Origin: an uncultured delta proteobacterium
Lineage (GTDB): Bacteria > Desulfobacterota > BSN033 > UBA1163
Reading direction: 5' to 3'
Length of the DNA stretch: 64,000 bases
Assembly (NCBI GenBank): GCA_963827685.1
Contig: CAWHBU010000003.1
Coordinates: 1,024,001-1,088,000 of the forward strand
Of the stretch, positions 19,611-29,535 are shown in pieces. The position numbers and the translations under genes were made by a program. Numbering within the stretch: position 1 is the first letter of the stretch; each line of letters begins with the position of its first letter. The notes beneath the pieces are model-generated. The model saw nothing but the letters and a program-made list of their open reading frames with translations, searched no databases and was not told where the DNA came from.

Positions 19611-21122
19611 TTACGATGCCGTCGCTTTGGCCCTTTCCTCATGGGACATCTTAGCCAAGCGCTCTACCTCCTTTAGGTCCAGCTTCAGCCCTTCGGCCAC
19701 GCGGCGGCCATAGTCCGGGTCAGCCTTGTAGAAAAGAGCGGTTTGCCGTAACTGGATCCGTTTCTGTGCCTTACCCAGATGATCCACAATATTCCCAACG
19801 AGGTTTTTGCGATCCTGTTCCTTCATGACATCGCGATACAAATTGCCAGGCTGTACGAAATCATCATTAGGATATGTGAAATTGTAACGCCCTGCTTGCC
19901 CGGAAAGCTCAAAGGGAGGCTCGCCTGTCTTCGGGTCCGGCGCTGGCCCACCGAAGCTATTTGGCCAGTAATTGGGCCCAGCACCCCCATTGGCGTCGAC
20001 ACGCATGAACCCATCTCGCTGGTAGCTATTTTCAGGGGCGTGTTTGGGCGCATTGATAGGAATCAGATGGTAGTTCGGTCCCAAGCGGTGGATATGGGTA
20101 TCGTGATAGGAAAAAACCCTGGCTTGCAGCATCTTGTCCGGTGAAATGCCAATCCCCGGTACCAAGTTGCCTGGACTGAAAGCGGCCTGCTCCACTTCTG
20201 CAAAATAATTGACCGGGTTGCGGTTCAGTACCAACTTGCCAATTTTGATAGGCGGAACCTCTCCATGGGGCCAAACCTTGGTAATATCAAAGATGTCCCA
20301 TGGGAAATTTTTCGCCTTTTCCGGTGTCAGGATTTGCATCTCAAGTGTCCAGGAAGGGTAATTGCCACGCTCGATGGCATCATACAGGTCACGGGTGGCG
20401 TGATTTGAATCTTCACCTGAGATACGCGTTGCTTCCTCCCGGGTAAGGTTCTTAATGCCCTGATCCGTCTTGAAGTGATACTGCACCCAGAAATACTCGC
20501 CCTTGTCGTTATACCATTTATAGGTGTGGCTACTGTAGCCATTCATATTACGAAAGGTGGCGGGCGTACCTCTATCGGAGAAGAGAATGGTGACCTGGTG
20601 GATTGATTCCGGCGTCAAGGACAGGAAGTCCCAAAACATGTTTGGGTCTGGTAAATTCGTGGATGGGTGACGCTTTTGTGTATGGATGAAGTCAGGAAAC
20701 TTGAGCGGATCCCGGATGAAGAAGACCGGGGTGTTATTGCCGGCAAGGTCGTAATTGCCTTCCTCCGTATAGAATTTCAGCGCGAAACCGCGCGGGTCTC
20801 GAGCTGCATCGGCTGAACCCTTTTCACCGCCAACGGTGGAAAAGCGGGCGAAGGCCTCGGTCCGCTTGCCGACTTTCGAAAGAAATTTCGCTTTAGTGTA
20901 TTTTGTCACGTCAGCCGTCACCTCAAAATAACCATGCGCCCCCGCACCCTTGGCGTGCACTACCCGTTCGGGAATGCGCTCTCTGTCGAAGTGACCCAGC
21001 TTCTCCAACAGGTGAACGTCCTGTATCAGGACAGGCCCGCGTTCTCCAGCGGTTAGACTGTTCTGATCATCACCCACAGGAATTCCAAAAGCAGTTGTTA
21101 ACCTCTTTTTTTCATTTGCCAT
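19611..21122 (-). CDS. katA: Monofunctional heme catalase
   Basis: [38 protein letters not shown]. Confidence 0.97.
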   Translation of the reverse strand: MANEKKRLTTAFGIPVGDDQNSLTAGERGPVLIQDVHLLEKLGHFDRERIPERVVHAKGAGAHGYFEVTADVTKYTKAKFLSKVGKRTEAFARFSTVGGEKGSADAARDPRGFALKFYTEEGNYDLAGNNTPVFFIRDPLKFPDFIHTQKRHPSTNLPDPNMFWDFLSLTPESIHQVTILFSDRGTPATFRNMNGYSSHTYKWYNDKGEYFWVQYHFKTDQGIKNLTREEATRISGEDSNHATRDLYDAIERGNYPSWTLEMQILTPEKAKNFPWDIFDITKVWPHGEVPPIKIGKLVLNRNPVNYFAEVEQAAFSPGNLVPGIGISPDKMLQARVFSYHDTHIHRLGPNYHLIPINAPKHAPENSYQRDGFMRVDANGGAGPNYWPNSFGGPAPDPKTGEPPFELSGQAGRYNFTYPNDDFVQPGNLYRDVMKEQDRKNLVGNIVDHLGKAQKRIQLRQTALFYKADPDYGRRVAEGLKLDLKEVERLAKMSHEERAKATAS

Positions 21123-21189
21123 TCTTATTTACCTCCTTTTTATGGAATTTTTCATGATCTGAAACTTACTCACTTGCTCTCAGTATCCT

Positions 21190-21210
21190 AATCTGGAATC
21201 ATTCCTAATT
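21190..21210. promoter_or_regulatory. Putative PerR operator upstream of katA
   Basis: Palindrome AATCTGGAATCATTCCTAATT. Confidence 0.65.
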
Positions 21211-21289
21211 CAATCTCAAAAAAATTTATAGAAATCTAATCTCTATCCTAAATAATATATGTATAAACTGTTCAAGTAGTTTAGGAAGG

Positions 21290-21706
21290 TCACTTATTTC
21301 TACATTCCTGACAATACCCGTAATATTCGAGCCTGCTATCAACCACTCGGAAACGGGTTCTTTTTGCAATCTCACTTGTATCAATTATAAAGGGGGGTCT
21401 GTAATCTATAATCTTCTTACATCTCTTACAAATTAAATTGATGTGCTCTGCAATATTCCCCTCATAGCGATTTTCCATTTTATCAAATTCTAACATTTTA
21501 ATTATACCATGTTTGGAAAGTTCATTAAGAGTGGCGTAGACCGTGGATAAACTCAGACTTCTGACCTTTTTCTTTCCTTCCCGATAGATAAGGTCTGCAC
21601 CTGGATGAAGAGGGGTTTTGTCGACTAATACCTCGATGATGGCTTTCCTTTGAGAAGTCAATTTTAACCCTTTCTCCCTCAACTTTTGAATGATCGATGT
21701 TTCCAT
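21290..21706 (-). CDS. perR: Fur-family regulator, PerR-like
   Basis: LKLTSQR, H..A, STVYATL, H.NLICKRC and YGYCQEC motifs; adjacent to catalase. Confidence 0.75.
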   Translation of the reverse strand: METSIIQKLREKGLKLTSQRKAIIEVLVDKTPLHPGADLIYREGKKKVRSLSLSTVYATLNELSKHGIIKMLEFDKMENRYEGNIAEHINLICKRCKKIIDYRPPFIIDTSEIAKRTRFRVVDSRLEYYGYCQECRNK

Positions 21707-21716
21707 TAGCCCTAGT

Positions 21717-21774
21717 AATTCGGAACTATTCCAGTTTATTGAATCATATTAATCTGTCTTTTATCGATTGTCAA
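21717..21774 (-). promoter_or_regulatory. sigma70 promoter with autoregulatory operator for perR
   Basis: Minus strand TTGACA-N17-TAATAT; box AATTCGGAACTATTCCAGTTT (21717-21737) resembles the katA box. Confidence 0.65.
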
Positions 21775-21889
21775 GGTCTTTTTATTAGCTCTTCCGGAAT
21801 ACCATAAAAGACCAAAGGAAGGCAGTCTCGACGATAGGTGAAACCCCGCCGTGCCTGTCCCGTCCTAACGGGATGGGCGGGGAGCTTCG

Positions 21890-22381
21890 CTACTTTTTGC
21901 TTTTAAGGAATTTGACAAGCATTAAGACATCCCTTGCTACGAAACGCCCAATGGGCCCTGTGCTATAACAGGCAAGACCTATCGTTTTATCAGGACGAAC
22001 AACGAATCCTGTGGCGTGAAGAAACTTTCTTTCTTTATTGTAGTACGCCCCGGTGATTCTCGATATGTCCTCTGCCATCATGCCGTAACCGACAGAGTAC
22101 GTAATCCCCAACCTATCTACCGTTTCTCGCGCTTTCTCAATGGAGTCGGCAGAACCTGCGATGATCTTGATCCCTTCGGATTTGAACTCCTGATGCAATG
22201 CTTGGAAGTCAGCCAACTGCTGAAGGCAGAAAGGTCACCAATGACCGCGATAGATCAGGATGACACCGTATCCCTCCCCGATTCCGTCAGGCGGTTTCAG
22301 CTTTTCTCCTGATACCAGTTGCAACTCCAGTTGTGGAAACATATCGCCAGAATCTAAAAACGTCGAACCTGTTCTCGCCAT
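21890..22381 (-). CDS. AhpC/TSA peroxiredoxin-like selenoprotein candidate (UxxC, Sec49 at 22235-22237)
   Basis: From ATG 22381 with GGAG RBS: MARTGSTFLDSGDMFPQL...YRGHW-U-PFCLQQLADFQ, in frame with ORF 21890..22216. Confidence 0.88.
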
Positions 22382-22415
22382 ATCGTTCTCCTTTCACTCT
22401 TTCTGTTCTTCGTGC

Positions 22416-23114
22416 TTACTGCTCCTTCTTAAGCTTTTTGATGATCTTTGGGATGAAGAGGGAAAAAACAAATAGGCCGACAGAGAAGAAAACCTTGAGG
22501 GAAAGTAATTGACCCCAGTGACCACTGGCCCAAACCTCTTTAAGAGTGCCGATGGAAAAAGTAAAAACAAACGTTCCCACGATAATGCCTAATCCCGTGC
22601 CAAAAAAATAATCCCAGAACCGTATCTTGGTCAGTCCCATGCCGAAGTTCATGGGAGTAAAGGGAAAATAAACCAAACGTAAATAGAGCACCGTAGCAAA
22701 CCCATTCCGTTCAATGGCATCATCGTATTTTCTTAGGCGATCGCCGATCACGGAAGCTGCAAATTCTCTGCCTAAGGTTCGCCCGATCCAGAAAGCGGCG
22801 CTTGATCCGACCATACCTCCTATCCAGACATACAAGAATCCCCAGTAGGAACCAAAGATGGCTGCCCCCAAGGCTGTTAGCAAAGTGCCCGGCACAAACA
22901 AACATACCCCCACGGCATACACAAACATAAAAAAAAGAGGAGCCCATATGCCAGCAGTTCTTAGAAAATTGCTTAGGGCTGTTTGTGTGAAGAATTCTTT
23001 GACTGGAGTGAACCGGATGATGTAAATGGCCGCAATGATGAAGAGAACAAACACAAGAGCTTTTATCATTGCTCTCTTACGGCCCTTCGCTGGTTTTTGG
23101 ACAACCGCTCTCAT
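22416..23114 (-). CDS. TVP38/TMEM64 (DedA/VTT) membrane protein
   Basis: VPGTLLTALGAAIFG; LYLRLVYFPFTPMNFG. Confidence 0.88.
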   Translation of the reverse strand: MRAVVQKPAKGRKRAMIKALVFVLFIIAAIYIIRFTPVKEFFTQTALSNFLRTAGIWAPLFFMFVYAVGVCLFVPGTLLTALGAAIFGSYWGFLYVWIGGMVGSSAAFWIGRTLGREFAASVIGDRLRKYDDAIERNGFATVLYLRLVYFPFTPMNFGMGLTKIRFWDYFFGTGLGIIVGTFVFTFSIGTLKEVWASGHWGQLLSLKVFFSVGLFVFSLFIPKIIKKLKKEQ

Positions 23115-23139
23115 AGTTTCCTACCACTCATGACAAGTC

Positions 23140-23305
23140 AACCTCCCCCTCCCCCTCCCCTCCCCTAGCGGGAGGGGATGAAGGGGAGGGGGATAAAAGA
23201 GGTGATAATGCACCCTCACCCCCTGCCTACCGGCAGGCAGGCAGCCCTCTCCCCTGCCTTCGCCGAAGCGGCTTCGCGCAGGCAGGCATCAAGGGAGAGG
23301 GGGAA
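23140..23305. repeat. C/G-rich hairpin repeats with two nested CCTGCC...GGCAGG inserts
   Basis: Inserts at 23222-23241 and 23253-23286. Confidence 0.75.
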
Positions 23306-23391
23306 CTGGATCGAGTCAATGTCTATTCTTGGGTTTCCAATTATTATTTTTTTAAGAGTATTTATCATGGAATTTGGGATGCTTCCTTCGA

Positions 23392-24911
23392 TTATCGCCT
23401 CCAGGCTAACCACCGGGTAAACAGTCCTTTAATAAAAGGAGTCAAGCGGGTACGGTTATAGGCATCGGCCACCTGTTTGATGGCTTCAGCCTGTGTGGGA
23501 TAGGTGTGAATAACATTCGTCAGTGTTCCCAGCCCCAGATCGCCCACGATGGCGAGGGTGATCTCGCTGAGCATCTCTCCGGCGTGGCGGGCGACGATTG
23601 TGGCTCCGAGAATCTTATCCGTTCCTTTCTTGACGTGGATCTTAACAAAACCTTCTTCTTCTCCATCGGCGATGGCACGGTCGACGTCATTCAGTGGTCT
23701 TATGAAGGTATCTACAGCGATGCCTTTCTCCTGAGCATCCCTCTCATACATCCCCACATGGGCAATCTCCGGATCCGTGTAAGTACACCAAGGAATCGTC
23801 AAGGCACTTTGCTTCTTGCGCCCTAAAAACAAGGCGTTCTGGATGACCATGCGGGCTGTCGCGTCGGCAGTATGGGTAAACTTGTACTTGAGGCAAATAT
23901 CCCCCGCGGCATAGATCCTGGGATTCGTGGTCTGGAGATGTTCATTCACCTCTACCCCTTCCCTCTTGTCGTACTTCGCTCCCACGGCCTCGAGATTTAG
24001 CCCCTCCACATTGGGAGCCCGGCCAGCTCCTGCCAGAATCTCATCCACTGCGATCTGTTCTTCTCTCCCCCCGCATTCAATATGGATGACTCTGCTGCCA
24101 TTTCTCTTTTCAACTCGTTTGGTCTTGCAGTTGAGGATCAGGCGGATTCCATCACGGATGAACGACTGCTGGAGAATTTCTGCTGCATCGCTATCCTCGC
24201 GATTCAGGATATGAGAGGCATTGTGAAAAAGAGTCACCTCACATCCCAATCGCCGAAATGCCTGAGCTAATTCGCAACCGATGGGTCCGCCGCCAATAAC
24301 CGCCAGACGCCGCGGCCGCTCCGTCAGGAAGAAGACGGTCTCATTGGTGAGAAAGTCGGCTTCGGCTAATCCTTCAATGGTGGGATGTACCGGACGCGTG
24401 CCAGTAGCAATTACAGCCTTTTTAAAGCGAAGGGTCCTTCCAGTTACCTCCACGGTATCTGGGCCGAGAAACACCCCTCTCCCAGGAATACATCGACCCC
24501 CAGATCCTTAAACCGCCTGACCGAATCATGAGCACTGATCCGAGCTCGAAGCCTTCTCATGCGTTGCATCACGGCAGGGAAATCCACTTCCATGCCCTCT
24601 GGGACCCGAATGCCAAACTGGTTAGCGTCGCGAAGATCAGCGACCACGCGTGAGGATCGAATAATACATTTCGAGGGAACGCACCCCACATTGAGACAAT
24701 CGCCTCCCAGAAGGTGCCGCTCCACAAGGGCGACCCTTGCCCCTAATCCTGCTGCACCCGCAGCCGTGACCAATCCCGCCGTTCCTGCTCCGATCACTAC
24801 AAGATCATAACGGGGGGCGGGTTCAGGGTTTTGCCAATCGATCGGACGGACGTTGGAAACTAATGCTTCATTGTGAACATCATGCGGCAAAACCATTGGG
24901 ATCGACTGCAT
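23392..24911 (-). pseudogene. MerA-like/dihydrolipoamide dehydrogenase-family flavoprotein disulfide reductase, frameshifted near 24470
   Basis: GAGTAG and GGDCLNVGCVPSK in the 5' ORF; GGGPIGCE, YAAGD and HTYPT in the 3' ORF; no MerA C-terminal CC. Confidence 0.85.
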
Positions 24912-24937
24912 CGCTATTTCCTCCTATCGCTTCCAAT

Positions 24938-25891
24938 TCATACTAGCGCTCCGCCACACGATGATCCAGATCCGGCGGTGCAAGCAAAACAATGTTCTCC
25001 GGTGACAATCCTGCGCTTCCACAAATCTTCTAATCTGAAAGATTGGATGTGATCGGGAGCCCCGTGGTTCACCGAAAGGCCCAGCGCCAGGTTGAAATCA
25101 CAGTCATAAAGCGTTCCGTCCCAGCCCACGCTGAGTTGATGGCGGCACATCAATCCCGTCACCGTTTGGGGATTGAAGGATTTTCGGAGAAGTCGCAGAT
25201 AATTCTCTTCCTCCTTCTTCCGGATCAGTTCTGTTCGAAATCTTCCCAGCGGCATATTGGTGATTGTGAGGAGGCGAGTAAAAGTGATGCCAAAACGCTG
25301 CCCCAGCTCGCGCCGGTAATCTTCTTCAAGGACCAACTGTGGAGGCGGGAGAAACGGTCCTCCTGGATTGTAGACAAGGTTCAGAGGTAGATCCGGGTCA
25401 GATCCATAGCCCAGGGCATTCAATCGCTTGATGGCCGCTACACTTTTCTCATAGACTCCTTTCCCCCGCTGAGCGCATACGTTTTCTTCAAGGTAACACG
25501 GCATGGAGGCCACAATCTGGATTTGATATTTTCGAAAGAACTCGGGCATATCCTCCATCCCCGGTTCCGAGAGCACTGTTAGGTTCGTTCTGACCTGCAC
25601 TTGAAGACCTTCTCGGCAGAGGGCCTTTGCAAAACGACGGAAATGCGGATTGAGCTCTGGGGCTCCTCCGGTCAGATCAATAAGCTTACAATGCACACGC
25701 TTAGCCGCCTCCAGGACTAATTGCATGGTAGACCATTCCATGATCTCCTTCCGTTGGGGGGATGCTTCGAGGTGACAGTGGGTGCATTGCTGGTTGCACA
25801 GCAGTCCTAAATTGACTTGCAGAATTTCGATCTTCAGACTATGCAATCCCTGATCGCCAATACTGGCGATCTGTTTTTCGAAATCATTCAT
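24938..25891 (-). CDS. arsS: ArsS-family radical SAM protein (with DUF3641)
   Basis: QVNLG..CNQQCTHCH, DLTGGAPELNP, MCRHQLSVGWDG.LYDCDFN, HCFACTAGSGSSCGG. Confidence 0.85.
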   Translation of the reverse strand: MNDFEKQIASIGDQGLHSLKIEILQVNLGLLCNQQCTHCHLEASPQRKEIMEWSTMQLVLEAAKRVHCKLIDLTGGAPELNPHFRRFAKALCREGLQVQVRTNLTVLSEPGMEDMPEFFRKYQIQIVASMPCYLEENVCAQRGKGVYEKSVAAIKRLNALGYGSDPDLPLNLVYNPGGPFLPPPQLVLEEDYRRELGQRFGITFTRLLTITNMPLGRFRTELIRKKEEENYLRLLRKSFNPQTVTGLMCRHQLSVGWDGTLYDCDFNLALGLSVNHGAPDHIQSFRLEDLWKRRIVTGEHCFACTAGSGSSCGGALV

Positions 25892-26138
25892 CACTACTCC
25901 TCCTGATGAAGCTCGTAGTTTATTTTTAATTTCATTGAGTTTCAGTGCATGTCGAGATATTCCACAGCCTTAATAACGACATTGTTTTATAAAATCCCTC
26001 CTCACCTCCCTTTGCCTGTCTGACGACAGGAAAATGAGGACAAAGGGAGGAACAGGACCCCTCTTTGGCAAAGAGGGGCGACCTGCCTGCGCGAAGCCGC
26101 TTCGCGAAGGCAGGGGGGAGATTTTAATATATGTTAAC

Positions 26139-27189
26139 GCCAGTTCAATAATGAAGTGCAACACTTAGGGTGACGTAGTATCCTAAGTATATGGAAAAGC
26201 TAAACTATCAACATCTCTCCAGTGAAGAGAGAGACAAAATTGCATATCTTCACGCACGAGGTAAAAGCATCTCGGAGATAGCCGAGAGTATCGGGCGAAA
26301 CAAAGGTTCCATTTCACGAGAACTCAAGCGTAACCGATCGCCCATCTACAACGTTTACTTGGCCAATAGGGCCCATGAAAGAGCCGTTAAACGAAAACAT
26401 GAATCCGTCCAACGACAGCGAATACGCAATCCTTTGATCCGTAGGTATATCATGAAAAAGCTCAAGCTCAAATGGTCTCCCGAACTGATTTCAGGAAGAC
26501 TTTCTTTAGAATATCCAGACCTTCGTATCAGCCATGAGGCCATTTATCAATTCATCTATGATAAATCGATCCCTACGAAGCAGAACCTGGTGCCCTATCT
26601 GACTCGGGCTCACAAGCGCCGTAGACTCCGTACCCATTCGCACCGGCATAAGACACTCCATATTCCACGACGGATCTCCATCAAAGAGCGTCCCCTGGAG
26701 GTCCAAACCCGGATCCAACCCGGCCATTGGGAAGCTGATACGTTAATCTCCCGAACAAGTAAGGCCGCTTTAGCGGTAGCCCTTGAGAGAACCAGTAGAC
26801 ACCTGCACTTGGCCAAATTGCCTGCCAAGACCTCACAGAACTTGCGATGTGCCCTCACTCGCAGACTCAGCCGTTACCCCCAACCCCTTCTGCGCTCTAT
26901 CACCTATGATAATGGTTGCGAAAACGTGGAGCATGAGTATACTAACAAGGTGTTGGGAACCCAATCCTACTTCTGTGAACCCTTCCATAGTTGGGAAAAG
27001 GCTTCTATCGAAAATGCCATCGGGCTGATCCGACGCTTCTTCCCCAAGAAGACGGATTTTAATCTGGTTCCCAAAGAACAAGTCAAACGCGTCGAAACTT
27101 TACTTAATACGAGGCCACGAAAATGCCTCAATTATCGAACGCCCAATGAAGTTTTGGGCTCATGTGTTGCACTTCACTGTTGAATGCAT
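26139..27189 (+). mobile_element. IS30-family insertion sequence
   Basis: Imperfect IRs ..TTCAATAATGAAGTGCAACAC / GTGTTGCACTTCACTGTTGAA..; inserted into a palindromic repeat. Confidence 0.88.
26191..27183 (+). CDS. IS30 transposase
   Basis: HTH SISRELKRN, WSPELI, GHWEADT, ITYDNG.E, LNTRPRKCLNYRTP. Confidence 0.95.
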   Translation: MEKLNYQHLSSEERDKIAYLHARGKSISEIAESIGRNKGSISRELKRNRSPIYNVYLANRAHERAVKRKHESVQRQRIRNPLIRRYIMKKLKLKWSPELISGRLSLEYPDLRISHEAIYQFIYDKSIPTKQNLVPYLTRAHKRRRLRTHSHRHKTLHIPRRISIKERPLEVQTRIQPGHWEADTLISRTSKAALAVALERTSRHLHLAKLPAKTSQNLRCALTRRLSRYPQPLLRSITYDNGCENVEHEYTNKVLGTQSYFCEPFHSWEKASIENAIGLIRRFFPKKTDFNLVPKEQVKRVETLLNTRPRKCLNYRTPNEVLGSCVALHC

Positions 27190-27204
27190 CCAATTTTGAA
27201 ACCT

Positions 27205-27945
27205 TTAATGAGATCTTAACCCTCTTGATTTTCCAGCCGCTTCTTGATCAATCAACCATGTGATATGTCCGCGGGAAGGGTTGACGAGCGCGGCAGGATA
27301 TCGTTCCTTCTTCCCCTCCTTTCCCAAGATCTCATGGATGATGTTCGCCTTCGAAAGACCAGAAACAAGAAAGACTATTTGAGCGGCATTGTTCAGGACG
27401 GGAAGGGTAAGGGTGACTCTATTCCAATTGGGTTTCTCCAGATAGACCGGGACGGCAAGCCTCATTTTTTCATCCAGTGACTTTGAACCGGGAAAGAGCG
27501 AAGCGGTGTGACCATCCCCTCCCGTCCCAAGAATCATGAGGTCGAAGATCGGTAATGCCGACACCCCGAAGAACTTCCTGATCTCCTCTTCATAATCCCA
27601 GGCCGCCTTGTCAGGGTCTTCTTCACCTTTAATCCGGTGTATATTCTCATCCGGTATGGGAATCTTTGATAGCAGCGTGTCGAAAGCAGTCCTGAAATTA
27701 CTTTCTTGATGTTCCTCGGGCACGCAGCGTTCATCTACCCAGAAGAAGTGGACGTATTGCCAGCGGACCTGATTGCGATAGGCTTCAGAACCCAAAAGCG
27801 TGTACAATCTTCTCGGAGTAGATCCCCCTGAAATCGCCACTGCAAATCTTTTTTTTGTTCCCACCGAATTCCTTGAGGCACCCACAAAGAGCGAGGCAGC
27901 ACAGTGGCTAAGGGCTTCTAAGTCTGAGAGCACTTCAATCTTCAA
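27205..27945 (-). CDS. pgl: 6-phosphogluconolactonase
   Basis: SGGSTP, DERCVP, GDGHTASLFP, RVTLT. Confidence 0.95.
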   Translation of the reverse strand: MKIEVLSDLEALSHCAASLFVGASRNSVGTKKRFAVAISGGSTPRRLYTLLGSEAYRNQVRWQYVHFFWVDERCVPEEHQESNFRTAFDTLLSKIPIPDENIHRIKGEEDPDKAAWDYEEEIRKFFGVSALPIFDLMILGTGGDGHTASLFPGSKSLDEKMRLAVPVYLEKPNWNRVTLTLPVLNNAAQIVFLVSGLSKANIIHEILGKEGKKERYPAALVNPSRGHITWLIDQEAAGKSRGLRSH

Positions 27946-27959
27946 AGTCGACTCTTCAA

Positions 27960-29531
27960 TTACAGGGGTCTCCAGGTCCGACCGTCCCTTCCGATCAACA
28001 AGTCTGCCTCCTTCGGCCCCGACGAACCCGCCGCGTAATTGGGGAATTTATCTATGGGCGTGGTAGATTGAAGACTTTCTATCACAGGAGTGAGCAAAGA
28101 CCATGTCTGTTCCACACCGTCTTCCCTTACGAACAACAATTGGTCATCATGCATGCAATTGAGCAACACCCATTCATAAGCATCCATCAAAACTTCCCTC
28201 TGATAGGAAAAATCCATCGAAATCGGATTTAAACAGATTTCCGAGCCGGGGTTCTTCGTCTGGAGGATGAGGTTCATCCCTTCGTCCGGGTGCACCCGGA
28301 GCACGAATGTGTTCGGTTCTATAAGTTCGTTTAAAGTGTTTACGAACATGAGATGTGGCACGGGTTTGAAGTGAATGGAAATTTCCGTCTTTCGTTTTGA
28401 AAGTCTTTTCCCCGACCGAAGATAGAAGGGGACGCCGTTCCAACGCCAATTATCGATCAATACCTTCATGGCCGCAAAAGTGGGGGTGATCGATGTCTTA
28501 GAGACGTCTGCCTCTTCTCTATAGCCGGGAACAGGTTTTTCATCCATTCCGCCTCTTCCGTACTGTCCGATCACCACGTACTCGTTCAAACGATCCAACG
28601 GAAAGGGTTTGATCGAGTTAAAAACCTTGATCTTTTCGTCCCTCACGGGTTCGGCCCCAAAGGCTACCGGTGGTTCCATGGCGGTCAGGGCGAGAAGTTG
28701 AAACATATGATTCTGGAACATATCCCTGACGACCCCGGCTTCCTCGTAATATCCTGCTCGCTGTTCAATACCCAATGTTTCTGAAGCGGTGATCTGGACG
28801 TGGTCGATATACCTTCGGTCCCACAACGGTTCGAAGATAGCGTTTGCAAATCGGAGCATGAGGATATTCTGGACGGTCTCCAAAGCCAGAAAGTGGTCAA
28901 TCCGGTAGACTTGCTTTTCCTGAAAAGAATCTCTGACAACCCGGTTGAGTCTTTTGGCTGAATCGAGGTCCCGGCCAAAGGGTTTTTCGATCACCACGTG
29001 GGTGTAACCCCTCCCTTCTTGCGAAAGGCCCGTCGCTCCTAAATTCAAAATAACATTCTCATAAAGGGTTGGGGGGATAGCCAAATAATAGATTCGATTT
29101 CCTCCCGTCTGGTGCTTTTTCTCGAGTTGAAGAAGTTTCTCTCTAAGAGTCCCAGCATAGGTTTCCTGAACGTTATAATCAATAGGGGAGTAATAAACTT
29201 TGTTAACGAGTTCGTTCCAAGAGGATTGATCGAAATCTTTTGGGAAGGCATCTTTCACCGCTGAAAGCATCTCTTCACGGAAGTGATCCGTACTCATCTC
29301 TGTACGGCTGGCACCAAGGATGAAGAATCTTTCTGGAAGGCATTGGTTTTTTTGGAGGCGGTAAAGGGAAGGAATGATTTTCCTTTTCGTCAGGTCTCCC
29401 GAAGCACCAAAAATGACGAGACCACATGGCCCTGGAATTTCGACAGCGCAAGGACCGGGCGTTCGGGACGTCGGCCCAGCCTTCATCTTGGCACCGGCTT
29501 CTTCAACCTTTTGATTGTTCTTCGAGCCCAT
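27960..29531 (-). CDS. zwf: Glucose-6-phosphate 1-dehydrogenase (atypical substrate motif)
   Basis: GASGDL, EKPFG, RDMFQNH, RWNGVPFYLRSGK; RIDHFLALE replaces RIDHYLGKE. Confidence 0.9.
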   Translation of the reverse strand: MGSKNNQKVEEAGAKMKAGPTSRTPGPCAVEIPGPCGLVIFGASGDLTKRKIIPSLYRLQKNQCLPERFFILGASRTEMSTDHFREEMLSAVKDAFPKDFDQSSWNELVNKVYYSPIDYNVQETYAGTLREKLLQLEKKHQTGGNRIYYLAIPPTLYENVILNLGATGLSQEGRGYTHVVIEKPFGRDLDSAKRLNRVVRDSFQEKQVYRIDHFLALETVQNILMLRFANAIFEPLWDRRYIDHVQITASETLGIEQRAGYYEEAGVVRDMFQNHMFQLLALTAMEPPVAFGAEPVRDEKIKVFNSIKPFPLDRLNEYVVIGQYGRGGMDEKPVPGYREEADVSKTSITPTFAAMKVLIDNWRWNGVPFYLRSGKRLSKRKTEISIHFKPVPHLMFVNTLNELIEPNTFVLRVHPDEGMNLILQTKNPGSEICLNPISMDFSYQREVLMDAYEWVLLNCMHDDQLLFVREDGVEQTWSLLTPVIESLQSTTPIDKFPNYAAGSSGPKEADLLIGRDGRTWRPL

Positions 29532-29535
29532 TCTC

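Noticed and set aside
23392-24911. True mercuric reductase / mer operon
   Set aside because: No C-terminal Cys-Cys, no NmerA domain, no merR/T/P nearby
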